The notes below the pieces were generated by a model. That model worked only from the letters and a program-made list of their open reading frames with translations, had not been told where the DNA came from and searched no databases. Positions 48,677 through 60,972 of a stretch of DNA of 64,000 bases are shown piece by piece (positions within the stretch are counted from its first letter, which is position 1; each line of letters begins with the position of its first letter). The stretch spans positions 20,048,210 to 20,112,209 of the forward strand of contig NC_134030.1 in the NCBI RefSeq assembly GCF_964204645.1, in the 5' to 3' direction. Position numbers and translations under genes: made by a program. Origin of the DNA: Tubulanus polymorphus (taxonomy: Eukaryota > Animalia > Nemertea).

Positions 48677-51600
48677 ATGCTGTTCGGTATGGATCGACTG
48701 AGAGCGCTGTTTATAGCGTCGCTGATCGTCTGCCGAGTTAACATCGCACACGCTGATCTGTCTGACTCTGTGACGGTCAGTTCGTCTTGTAACAACACTT
48801 GGTACCGCGTTGATTCTACGTCCGGTTACATCGTTTCACCGAATTACCCGTCGTTAACGCGCGGTGTTGAATGTCGTTGGTTCGTCAACAGCTCTTTACC
48901 GGGAACTTTCTACATTAAACTATACTACGACATCGAGCCGTCGATATTCTGTAGTGATAACTACCTTCTCGTCGGTGAGTCCGATAACAGATTCTGCGGT
49001 GAAGGAAAACATGAAATCCACCGTAACGATTCGATCTCGTTGATATTTAGAAGTGACGTCGATGGTGCGCGGAAAAGTCGGGTTTATGTCATATATCGTT
49101 ATGAACGAAACAATTTGAAATTATTTCCTAACTGCAGGAAAACATATCATAGAATAAACAAATTACAAACATCGGCAGGATACAAATTCGCAATGTTTTT
49201 GGATCGCTGCCAATTATATTTGGAATGGATCGGAATCCCGGACGGTTTTGCGATTAATTTGACGTTTACACAGATCGATTTTAGTTTATATTCTGGCGCT
49301 CATTCAGTGACAACTGTTCAGATTTACGACGGATGGAACACAACTGAACCTATAGCTGTTATACCAGAACAAACCGGGCATCCACCTTTATCATTTTATA
49401 CTAAAACTAGCAAAGCCCTTATTGGTGCACATCTATTGCCCTTTAAATCGCAACTATTAGCTCATGTCTATAGAATATCTGATTGGAACGTCTCTAATCC
49501 GTTAATTCAAATCTCTAATAACGAGTCTGGAGTGCTCATCCCTGATGACAACAGTTTACACGTAATAACTCGATCAAAAAACTTACACTGCTGGACTATC
49601 ACAGTGCAGGTGTTACAGTACGTCGTCTTTAACTGGACCCGTGATCTCAGCACATCCGGTGACGTCATTGGTGTATATAAACTAGAAGGGTTACGCGTTG
49701 TAGGAACTGATATTTTACTCGATTACAACTACCTGGAATCACTGAGTGTTAAATCTGACGGCTTTCTCGTCATACTGTGCGTTTTGATAAAACCAGGTGT
49801 TTTACCGTCGAATGTGAAAATTGAATTTGAAGTGAAATCTATTTCCATAAAAGACGTACGAGTGGATAAACGCTCGGTGAGTATTGTGCGTTTAAATTTT
49901 AAGTTTAGGATTTTATCATGTGTGGATCTTTATTATTAGGTTTCATGCATAGAGTTTTTGTTTTGTTTGTGTTCTGAGAATAAAGTGAAAGTCTTCGAAG
50001 CCTACACAAGAAGCTACGTGCATTTTTTCTTGTGTAAACGATTATTGGGATGATTTAGGGTGGGTTTTTTCAACTAAAATATTTTAGTGGGAAATTTGGA
50101 TTTTCCACCTGAAGAAGAAATTTCATTTTAGCAAATCTTAAAACACGAATTGCTGCGCGTGACAAAATCATTAATCGAGATAGATTTGAAAATGTTTTTA
50201 TGTTATTAATACTTAAAAAAACAAATGCTGATTTGTTATATTTTGTAGATATCTGGCTACAGTTACAATTTACCTCCTCGAATTCTGTTCCCGACGACAA
50301 AGAAGACAACATTATCGTATCGTATAAATACATACCAATTTAAACGGAAAGTTGATATCTATGATGATAGATTGAAACTAACAGTTTCATCAGAGACGTG
50401 CGAGAGAGCTGGATTTTATATATATGATGGTGGTAATTTTACAGCTAGACGCTATGGTCCGTATTGTCCTGGTTATAAATATGGTCGTAACGTCGTCAGT
50501 CTGATTACATCAGGAGGACCGGTTACTGTAGTAGGGTACGCTTATAACTGGGATGATCGGTTGGTAGTTGATTCGGAAGCATATCTAGTATTCGCCCCTA
50601 CTGATTGTGACGGGTATGTTCTGCAGGAAAGAGAAAATCAGATCAATATGACGTCACACTGTCTCGTGATTACACCTGAAAACCGACGCCTTCCTTTAGA
50701 AAATATTTATATATTATCAGAACACGAATATCAAATTTACACTTGTTCCCGTGGTTTAAATTCGTGTCCTGTTGTTACTCTTGCAACTCAATTACTGAAT
50801 AACAGTCTCTTATTGAATCATCTGATGATAAAAGGAAGTAGTTATAGGTTCTGGAGTAATCCACTGATGATTGTACTACGACGTAAATGTTTGGTGTTGA
50901 TGATCTATCAAGATTCCCCGGTACTTACTTCTGATAGTTTTGCATACGTCCCGCCGATGCGAGAAAAATGTGGAGTCGCACAATCACCGAACTATCCTGG
51001 ATATGTTCCACAACGCAGTAAATCAAGTTTGTACTACTCATTTCATTACGACAAACCTTTGAATTATTACATCAGATTCCTTTTCAAATTTATGGGACAC
51101 GCCTCGTGCAGCCCTTCTAGTAGTAATGCCGTTCGAGATCAATTATTACTGGCACAGATTATTTCGAAACCTGGTAATCATGAAACCGGCTTTAGACAGC
51201 GTCGCCACGAGAATAAAATATGTGAAAATAACGCTGTACCTGGACTTGTATTATACAGTCTACTCGGGTATGACGTTTACTTTGAAGCGAAAAACTATAT
51301 CCCAATATTCAAAATTCAATACACTTTAGAACAAGCGTCCTTACAAACACATCTGAATAATGGCTGTGGATCAGATTTTCTAGATTCAGGTGTTTCGTGT
51401 ATCAGATACATCAAACATGAACGTCTGAATTGGGAGAACGCTGAAATGTACTGTCAACAGAAATACGGAGGACATCTTCTCAGTATCAACTCTGAACATG
51501 AAATGATTGCTTTAGAAAAACTGTTCGCTACGAAACTTCTTCAGGAGGCGTATTCACAGGCGGCGCTGATTGTGATGATTGGATTGAAATGGCAGGTAAT

Positions 51601-54600
51601 TTCAAAGTTTCGTTATGAACATGTTTACCAACATTCATTTAGTTTTGAACATGATTTTGAATTTGTTACGTATTCATTCATTCTCTACTAAAAGTCTAGA
51701 ATCTTTCATATTAATTGAAACAGATTTCTATTAGTCAACGTGTAAAATATAACATAATCTTAATTTGATGAACTCAATTCAGACGCTTGATATAAGTTAG
51801 ATATCCTAAAGCTAATCGTCATGAACACTTCTAAAACCATTTCGATCAATGAAACTGAATTTATTTTGAACAGGATGATGGTTATTACACGTGGACTGAT
51901 GGAAAACCATTGAGCTACACAGAGTGGTTTAAACCTACTATAATAAACGAAACGATACCAGAAGTTATTCAAGGATTGATATCACCTCTACGAAAACAAC
52001 CGATAAATGACGTCAATATGCCGTGTACGGCGATGATTCTGAATAATCCACGAGGATCAGCGAACTGGGTTCGATTCCCGTGTCAAATCGAGGAGACTCG
52101 AACAACTTTCATTTGTGAAAAAGACAAAGATAACTCCTCATCTACTAACAATCACAAATTACCTGTTGCAGAAGAAAACTATACTTATTTTTCGGGGATA
52201 TTGGAATCAGATAACTCCACGTGTTTAAAGGGATGGATTGGTTTAGAAAGAAATTGCTATCAGATACTTACAGCCTGGGAAACTCACATATTGTCAATTC
52301 GAGAAGCTGAGAGAATGTGTCATACAATTGGTGGTGAAATAGGTATAGTATCCAATGATGTTATAATTCAGCATTTGATTCAAATATTTCATTATGAACA
52401 TCAATACGGTGCTGTTCTAGCAAAGGCTACGGAAAGTGAATTTCTTGCTCTGGATCCAGTTTTGACCAGAGATGAAATAACATATATAAAAACGGTGAAA
52501 TGGTCAGTGACTGCCTTTGATAATGTCACAGATGTAGCGCATTCAGTGCTATGTTCCTACAATGTAACTGATGAAGAGTTGGCTTCTATAAGTGGTTGTA
52601 AATCGTGGCAATTTGAATGTAACGATCACAGATGTATCAGCGATCATCGCGTATGTGATACCAGAAACGACTGTCAACACGGTGAAGATGAACTCGATTG
52701 TTCGGATTCAATCTTGCGCAGTCAGTTCCACTGTACCGATGGAAGAATTATATCAGTTAGTAATTTGTGTGATTTTGTACGAGATTGCGCTGACGGATCT
52801 GATGAGAACTCGTGCTATCATACTTCATGTTCCTCTGAACAGTTTAAGTGTAGCAATGGACAATGCGTGGGTAAATATAATCGATGTGATGGACTGGTTG
52901 ATTGTAAAGATAAATCTGATGAGATCGGCTGCTCTTCGGATAAATGTAACGGGTTTCTGTGCGTAAATGGTGAATGCATCAGTTCTCTGTTGTATCGGGA
53001 TGGCGTTGTAGATTGTGCTGGTAGCCTCGAAGAAGATGAGATTGTCGCCAACATAACAGTTACACCAAAGGTTCACTGTACTACAGAGAACTACTGTACG
53101 ACTAATTTCACAAACTTATGTAAGAAATCCGATGAACAAAGATGTTCTTTCGATTCTCCTCATTGTTATTCTAGACGTCACAGGTGCATTTTAGAAAGGA
53201 TGTCGATTGGTTACCCGGTATGTAGAAGGCTCGAACATATACAAGGTTGTGCTGATTTCAAATGTCCAGCTGGTGCTGCAAAATGTCCAGCATCTTACTG
53301 TATACCGATGGGACAGGTGTGCGATGGTCGATCCGATTGTCCTAACTCAGAAGATGAGCGAAACTGCAAGACTTTGTCATGTCCTGGCTTGTTTAAATGT
53401 GGCCAGGAAAACCGATGCATACCTCAATCTGAAGTTTGTGATGGTGTCGTCAATTGTAAACAGACCACTGATGACGAAGCTTTCTGTGACGTCATATGTC
53501 CAAAGGAATGTAAATGTCAAGGTCATTTGATTGATTGCGATCATGCTGATTTCGTAGAAATTACTGATCTTTTCTCGGCATCAACTCGAGTTCTGATTTT
53601 ATCAAGAAACCAAGTTGTATTCAATGAGTCAACATTTTCTTCGTACCTCTATTTACATTTCCTTAATATTTCACGTAACAATTTGTCTTATATTGTTCCA
53701 AACTCGTTCTCAAACCTGCATAATCTACATACATTAGATCTTACATATAACCGCATAATATCATTTTCTGCGAATACATTCGCCGGTTTGTATAGTTTGG
53801 AAATACTTTTGATTTTTGGAAATCCAGTGAGATATTTAGAAGAAGGCAGTTTTCAAGGTTTAAAGTCATTAAGCAATCTCGATTTTCACGGACTTTCCTT
53901 GTCGTTACTCGATGGAAATGTGTTTAGTGGTTTATCCGCTTTAGAGTCGTTAAATATCAGCGGTAACGAGATCAAACATATTTCACGAAATGCGTTCGCC
54001 GGATTAACAAAACTAAGAAATCTGGATCTAACCGAAAATTCTGAAGTCATCTCCGTACAAAGAAACGTTTTTGAAAGTCTTACATTATTGAGTTCTTTGG
54101 CTTCTGACGCGTACAAATTTTGTTGCATGGTTCCGAATGTTGACCGGTGTCTCCCGGAAGCCGACCAATTTTCATCTTGTTCCGACCTTATGGGTAACAC
54201 TGTTCTTAGAGCAATCATTTGGGCGATCGCTTCATTCAGCTTTTTTGCCAACATCATCGTAATTTTACTTCGCGTTCAAGCGTTACGCATTTCATCCTCT
54301 GAATCACGTAACATATCCTCTGATATCCTAATCATTAATATTGCCACCTGCGATTTTCTCATGTCAATTTATCTTTTTCTGATCGCTGGAGCCGATTACG
54401 TCTATAAAAGTGTTTATTTTCTCAATTCTGAAAGGTGGACAGATAGTTCACTGTGTCGACTCGCTGGGATTTTAGTAACTCTTTCGTGTGAGGGGTCTTT
54501 GCTTTTTCTCCTGATTCTAACCCGTCAAAGATACTCGAATATCGTCGATCCATTTTCTGAAAGCCCAATTATATCATCGACATATGTGTCCGGTATTTGC

Positions 54601-55104
54601 TGTATATGCTGGATCATTTTGGGCAACATTTCAATGCTACCGCTGTCGTCATCTTCTTATTTCGGACATAACTTTTACGGCACAACTGGTGTTTGTTTAC
54701 CTATGAATTTACTATCCATCAATGTCCACGCCTGGCAATATTCATTCGCTATTTTTGCCGTTTTTAACTCGGTCGTACTTGCTACAATAATGATGACGTA
54801 TGCACAGATGTATAAACTCGTATCTGGAAGCAGGTCCGGCTCGGGTAGAGCTGATCCTACCGAATTGGTTCTGGCACGTAGGAGTTTAGTGATAAATCTG
54901 TGTAATTTATTTTGCTGGTTACCGATAATTATCGTTCAGTTTTGCGCTGTATTGCGAGTAGAAATACCGAACCAAGTGGCGGCTTGGTTGGTGGTACTTT
55001 TCCTACCGATCAACTCGTCCCTGAATCCACTTCTTTACACCATCCTCACTATTGATGTTAAATCTATTCGGGCCAGAAATAAACGCGTTTTGAAAACTCG
55101 CTGA
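48677..55104 (+). CDS. GRL101-like CUB/CLECT/LDLa/LRR GPCR, copy 5 (~1921-1925 aa); join(48677..49876,50249..51595,51874..55104)
   Basis: The first ATG of the other copies is GTG here (48651) and is followed by a 1-bp deletion. In-frame ATGs at 48677 (MLFG) and 48689 (MDRL) remain. Splice sites and domains are intact. Confidence 0.9.
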
Positions 55105-55769
55105 ACCATTCGACAGTCAAACCCTGACTATGCACTCTAATCAGAATGCTGCGAAATCTTTTCAGATGAAATATATTATATACATAAACAAATACGTAGC
55201 AAACGTGTGGACTCGAGAACGAACTGATACTTGCTTAAACGTTCCAATAAAAAAAAAAACTGACGACACTTCAAGATAATATCGCAAAATAATGAAATCA
55301 TCGAATGGGTTTCGAATCGTGTCCAGAAATACGACGAAGCGATAAGAATACACGCTAGGAGAGCTGAGTAATGTCATCTAATATGAGTTGTAACACCGAT
55401 TATCCTGACAGTTAATTACGCTTATTTTATATCAGGATGATTTAACAAATTATGTAAGCTGGAAATAAAAGTGTCAAATAGTGGTACATGTTCTACGTTC
55501 ATCGATTTAAAACCGTATTTGAGCGCTTCAATGTTTATTCGAAGGATAAAGCTTGCGTTGCTTTCGTCCATTCAAAGTCCTACGCCCGGAGGAGGTGGGA
55601 TCACTTCAAATGCGTGTCGAACCATATGGACATTATCGGCGCTGTTAAAGGTGATCTACGTCTTTTGAATTCAGTCGTGTTCAGTATGTTCTTGCCAGTT
55701 TCTCGTTTATTAATCTTTTATAGCCTCGGCCTTCAACACCCCCCTGACAAAGGATAAGTATCGTCTAAT

Positions 55770-56050
55770 GCACTGAGGTGTACTCGGGCCCACAACGGGA
55801 ACGACAATTGAGTCAATCGCTCAACACTGATCAGAATGATTACCGAGTTCCGATTCATCTTCGCCGTGTGCTGAAGTCCGTCACAGTACACAGTAAACAC
55901 CGCCGACACTCCGTAAAAATAATTCAAATATCGGAATTTTTCCAGACCGTACGTCCACAACGATAAGTATTCCTTCAATGAGGTGAAGCAAAATAACGCG
56001 ACCAGGTATTTTAGGATCGCAAATATTCTGAGCAGGTGGTACGTACAAAT
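55770..56050 (-). pseudogene. Peptide-receptor-like GPCR fragment
   Basis: Copy of 30674-31018 (ISVERLTQLSFPLWARVHL) with the same 4-bp deletion as unit 4. Confidence 0.6.
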
Positions 56051-57843
56051 TTGTAAATTCGAGAAAAAACAATTGTAAGAAATAACCGTGAAAATTAGCG
56101 TTCGAACCCCTAAGCCCTCGGTTGCCTGGAGACTAGTGACCGGCGGCTTAAAACCACTCGGCCAATGCGCCTGTTACATGAGTTCAAAGAAGGTTTGGCT
56201 AGTGTATTGAGCTTGGATCAAAATTTCCACCAGTTGTGATCTAGATGCTTAGTATACGTTAGTATACTGAACGGCATGATCGATGACCAACAATATTCAC
56301 CATTGAATATACGATTTACTCACCTGTTGCACTGAAGGTTTGGGTTACTGATATTTCTGATCGATGAACAATGCTCCCGAATCGGTGTGCAAATACATTT
56401 TCTAAAAGGAGTTTAATACAAATATACAGTTTGACAGGTTGTAGTGCAGTTCGGTCGTCAAAACAACTGACGAAAATTGTAATGAATACATGTAGTTAAT
56501 CTATCATGTGAAACTGAATTAACTCACAAACATCAGTTTAAGTACCGTACTGCTATTTCCAAAATTTCGATGTATTAAATAAGGCAGCCAAGAAAATTCA
56601 CCCCCAATCAGTCGCTTGCCGGTTAAGACTGAATGGAAGATTGTTTGAATGAACCGGAACCGAATTTCCCAATTATGTACTTTGAGCAAAAAACTTTTGT
56701 AAACTCGACCGCCGATCACACAACTATATCTGTACTTCGATTATCGATTGTAAAACCAAACCCCTTGTTTCGCTCGTGGTAGGTGTGGTGGGTTTGTAAG
56801 GGACACTCAATCAAAAAAATCAAACGAAATTTACCAACCAAATAAATAACAGGGACAATCCCTATTTTAGGAAAAAAAACACAAATGAAGAAGAGCCACA
56901 ATTCAAAGTATACACGATAAACTCTAACTCCGCCCCTGAATTATGCCGCATTCTTAGGCAGTTTTTACTCCAAGTCTTCAAATCACGAGGTATACACGTA
57001 TTACAGAGGGCCGCATTACGTCACTGCAGAAAATGCGTCTCGTGGAGAAAATGGTGGAAGGCGGGGGACTTAACAAAACTGTTTAGATGATATAAAAGAT
57101 GATGTGTTTGTCTGCTGTCGTGAATATGTATTGTTAAAGGTTTTGAATACATATGGATTTAAAAACTTCTCGCTGAATTTCCCTGTAAGAGGACACCATG
57201 AAGAGTCAATCAATCACCAAAGCTGTGCAATTATTTGGTTTTATTTCAATTTGTATTTGAAGAATATATAGTATCGCGCGCAATATTTTTCATTCATTCG
57301 TCGACTGTTCTGGCTCGAGAAAACGAGATATTGTCATTTCGAAAGTATAATACGTTGGAAGAGCGACTAAGGTAAGCGTAGTGATAAAATATTCAAATTT
57401 AACGATAGAAAAATGATACCTTGTTCCTCAAAAGCTTAAAAGTTGATCCGGCCGGCCGCCGCCTATCTACCCTATACATTATTCTAAAAAAAGAAACTAT
57501 TATCAGCCAATCGACAACAAGACGCGGCGGCTATTGAAACGAATGGATTACAAATTTTATTGAAATTTACAAAATAACCCGGGCGCTGCGGAGAAACAAG
57601 GTGTCATTTTTAGCCTAAAAATAATATACCCCGATACGTACAGCAGCAATTTCAGTAGCCGGAATCTAAAATACGACACACGACTAAACACTTTTTTTCT
57701 GCTGAAAATCATGCATCGATTAATTGATCAATGACGTGTCACTGATCATACCGTTTAGCATAGTAGTATATTCTACGGTTATATGTAGATTTTCACCGAT
57801 GGAGATCTCAATATAAATTACATAAAATTCATAACCAAATTCA

Positions 57844-57889
57844 TTATTCCTGAAGATGACTATTAGGATATAGTCGAAACGTTGAATAA
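57844..57889 (+). ncRNA. Minimal type I hammerhead ribozyme motif within a 224-bp segment (57742-57965)
   Basis: Identical to 45518-45563. Confidence 0.65.
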
Positions 57890-58511
57890 ACTACTAAGCT
57901 CAAAGTAACATTTTCGGACTTTTTCTTATCATTGTGGGATTCTCTCTACATCGCGTCAACGCGGATATAGTGTTCTATCAATCGTGTTCATAACCAAATT
58001 ATTCTATAATAAATGATTTTCTATAATTGAGGTTAGGAACTAATTTCAAACGAATATCTTTTGACTAGATCATTTGGGCTGAGGAACCAAACTTGGAAGC
58101 GACTCTGAAGACAATAAATGAATTATCGATGATTATCTATATTAGATATTTAAAGCTTATCACTCACGGAAAGAAACGACAGAGACTTGTTCCTGCGATG
58201 CCCAAACACTAGCAATGCGGCCGCCCTGCACTCACTTCATAGCACGGCGTTCGAACCAGCGATTCAAACCCGTTACACTGCTCTGCACTAAATCAAAAAT
58301 ACATCAAGTATTCTTCATGAATTTTTGACTATATCTATTATCAGTTCCTTTTTTCTGTGTAGCTGCGTTATTTCAAACCTGGCTCATTCTCTGACGAAAA
58401 GGTTTGCTCATTGAGAGCCTATTTGAAAACTGTTGCAATATCAATTTTCTTTTCGAATTTTTGAAAATGCCAAATCGCAAATATATTTTATTCAAATTCT
58501 AGGCGAAGAAA

Positions 58512-59187
58512 ATGCTTGCTTATACAATGACTCGCATATGTGCTTTTGCTGCGATTGTGGCCAGTGCCGCGGCCTTCAGTGGTGAGTTAAGACTGGGAAA
58601 ATAATACTCAGCTTCATGAGATTTCATAAAATGATATAAATCAATTCGCAATTATCAGTAAACATTTATTATGCGTTTATCGACGGAACGAATTGATTTG
58701 ATAGATATATTTCACAAAATGACACATATACATTATGACCAAAACCCTGTTAATTGACGTGCAATATATTGTTATTATACACATGTATTTTTTTAACACC
58801 CTGGCCCGCTAAGCGCCACGCTAGAAGCGGGTTCGATGTTTCTTTTTCCCAATACCCACACTAGAGAAGAACCTCCGACCAAGAAACTCTGCCGCCTTCA
58901 GGGTTTGAACCCATAAACCCTGGATTGATGAGAGCAGTGTCAGGCGGCTTATACCACTCGGCCACTGCACCTCTCATCTGTTATCCTTATCGGGATCATC
59001 ATTATAGTCCTACATCTGGGGCGGGAGTTCCATTATTTCTTCAATTTAGGTAAAAACGTCTTTCACTTCAAAATTCAATTTTTAATTTCATGTTTTCGAA
59101 AATATAGATTGCTATCCAAAGGGCTGGACGTGTGACGATGACCTTAAGTGTTGCAGCAACACCTGTAGAGCTAGTATTTGTTCCTGA
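58512..59187 (+). CDS. Secreted knottin (ICK)-like peptide E, 49 aa; join(58512..58581,59108..59187): MLAYTMTRICAFAAIVASAAAFS-DCYPKGWTCDDDLKCCSNTCRASICS
   Basis: Same exon structure, splice sites and six-Cys framework as peptide B. Confidence 0.85.
58788..58973 (-). mobile_element. tRNA-derived SINE-like element in knottin intron 2
   Basis: Copy of 9086-9271. Confidence 0.65.
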
Positions 59188-59650
59188 TCGTTGAGTACAA
59201 AGGTTTATAACGGGATATACTCGTGGTGGTTTGGGAAATATATCCGATTATGAAACTGAACGACAGTCAGTTTTACTGACTCGGCCGTGTACTAAAAAGC
59301 TCGCACTGAATTTATATTTGTTACCGATTCTTCATATCTTGTAGTAAATTAGATTCAATAAAACTGCGAGTAAATAAATCAATTGTCGGGTTGTTGACTG
59401 TTTATGATTCATCGGTCAGAGTTTTCAAAGTGATCAGAAGTGCCATTCCATCGGCGGTGAAGAACATTCATCGTCAATTAAAAAAGACTACTCGTAAGCC
59501 AAAGTCCAAAATCTCCCTAATCAATTATTTCAGTCCCAGGGTTTAAATATTTCATATGCATCCATCCATTAAGATATCTAGAGTTTTCTGTCCTGTTGCC
59601 CGGTCGGTGATTTTCTTGTGACGTCACTCAACCTCGTATGAAACTGAGGA

Positions 59651-60189
59651 AAACAATATAAATTCAGTTTTAATATGCTTTACATGAAATCCATTTTCGT
59701 AGTTCATTGATGTTTCGATTTTTTGTTTATAAAATAGTAAGTATCATCTGCAAACATCGTGCAATCTAAGATGTCTATAAATTATATCAGCAATAGGTGC
59801 CGAATATAAAGAGTAAATAAACCTGGCCCCAGAACTGAACCTCGGGGAATTCCACATCGAAAATCAGCAATATTAACTTTACCGTTTGTAACAACTTTGT
59901 GTGTACATTCCTGAAGGTGCCTAAGATTTTGAATAATTCTGTTTTGAAGCTGATTAGCGGCCATACGTTCGAGCATCTTTGTGGCTACAGGTTAGTAAGA
60001 TAATGATCTATAATTATTCAACTAGTATAGATTTAAAAGTTGTGTTTTTTATCAATTGCTCAACCGAGCATGATTTTAATTAAACAGTTCGTAAAAACAA
60101 CACCCGTTTCCAAAGAGAGCAATTTATAATTCGAGTAACGATTGGAACAATAACACACTGTTTTAGAATTGGCGCGGGCAACTTTAGCA
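59651..60189 (-). mobile_element. Degenerate LINE RT remnant
   Basis: Copy of 9951-10488 (CGIPRGSVLGPGLFTLYI, MFADDT). Confidence 0.8.
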
Positions 60190-60972
60190 TCTCCCTTATA
60201 CTTCACAAATCCACGACCCGCATCAAAATTGCTCGGAGCACCACGGCAAAACTGATGATTAACGCGACTAATGGTCAGTAGTGTATGTTCCAAACGAGCG
60301 ATGGAAATTCACTTATTTCAAACTGGTCATTTATGGGCAAAATACAAGCACTTGAGAGATACACGGATACGCGACATGGACTTAATAGCGTAACCTGCAT
60401 TTTCAAGTGTATTAATAGCATATGTGAGCTTTCAACTTAAACTTCGTGTTGGGCGGTGATTTATTGATAGGCCGTCTAGAAGACTGAGAACCGCATATTT
60501 TTTTTAAACTTTCTTTCAAAATCAATTCCGCAAGATCTAGCGGTTTGAAATCAAATCAATTCGTTTCGTTGAAATTTTCGTCATCTTGAATTGATGCTAA
60601 TGTAGAAAAGCATTGAATAATGATTTTGAGGCTCATCGTTAATATTCAATGATTCTATAACTAAAATTACGTTCGGGTTGAATGTGTTCTGATGAAATAC
60701 GTAATGTCTATTGACGAAATTCGTGTGCGAACAAATCGGAAAAAAAACAAAATTGGAATTAATTGGCGCATTAGGAATTTTGGTAAGCAACATGGAATCT
60801 AGAAATTATTGCTAATTGGAAAACAGATCTTTATGCAAAAAATCCAAACATTTCAAATCTAGAATCGGTTTAGAACTAATTGCGGCAGTAACCAAAAATC
60901 CACTTAAAAGAAGTCACAGCGAATTCTCTGATTGGACGAACTGCAATTTGTGTTCGTTGTTATTCGACGAAA

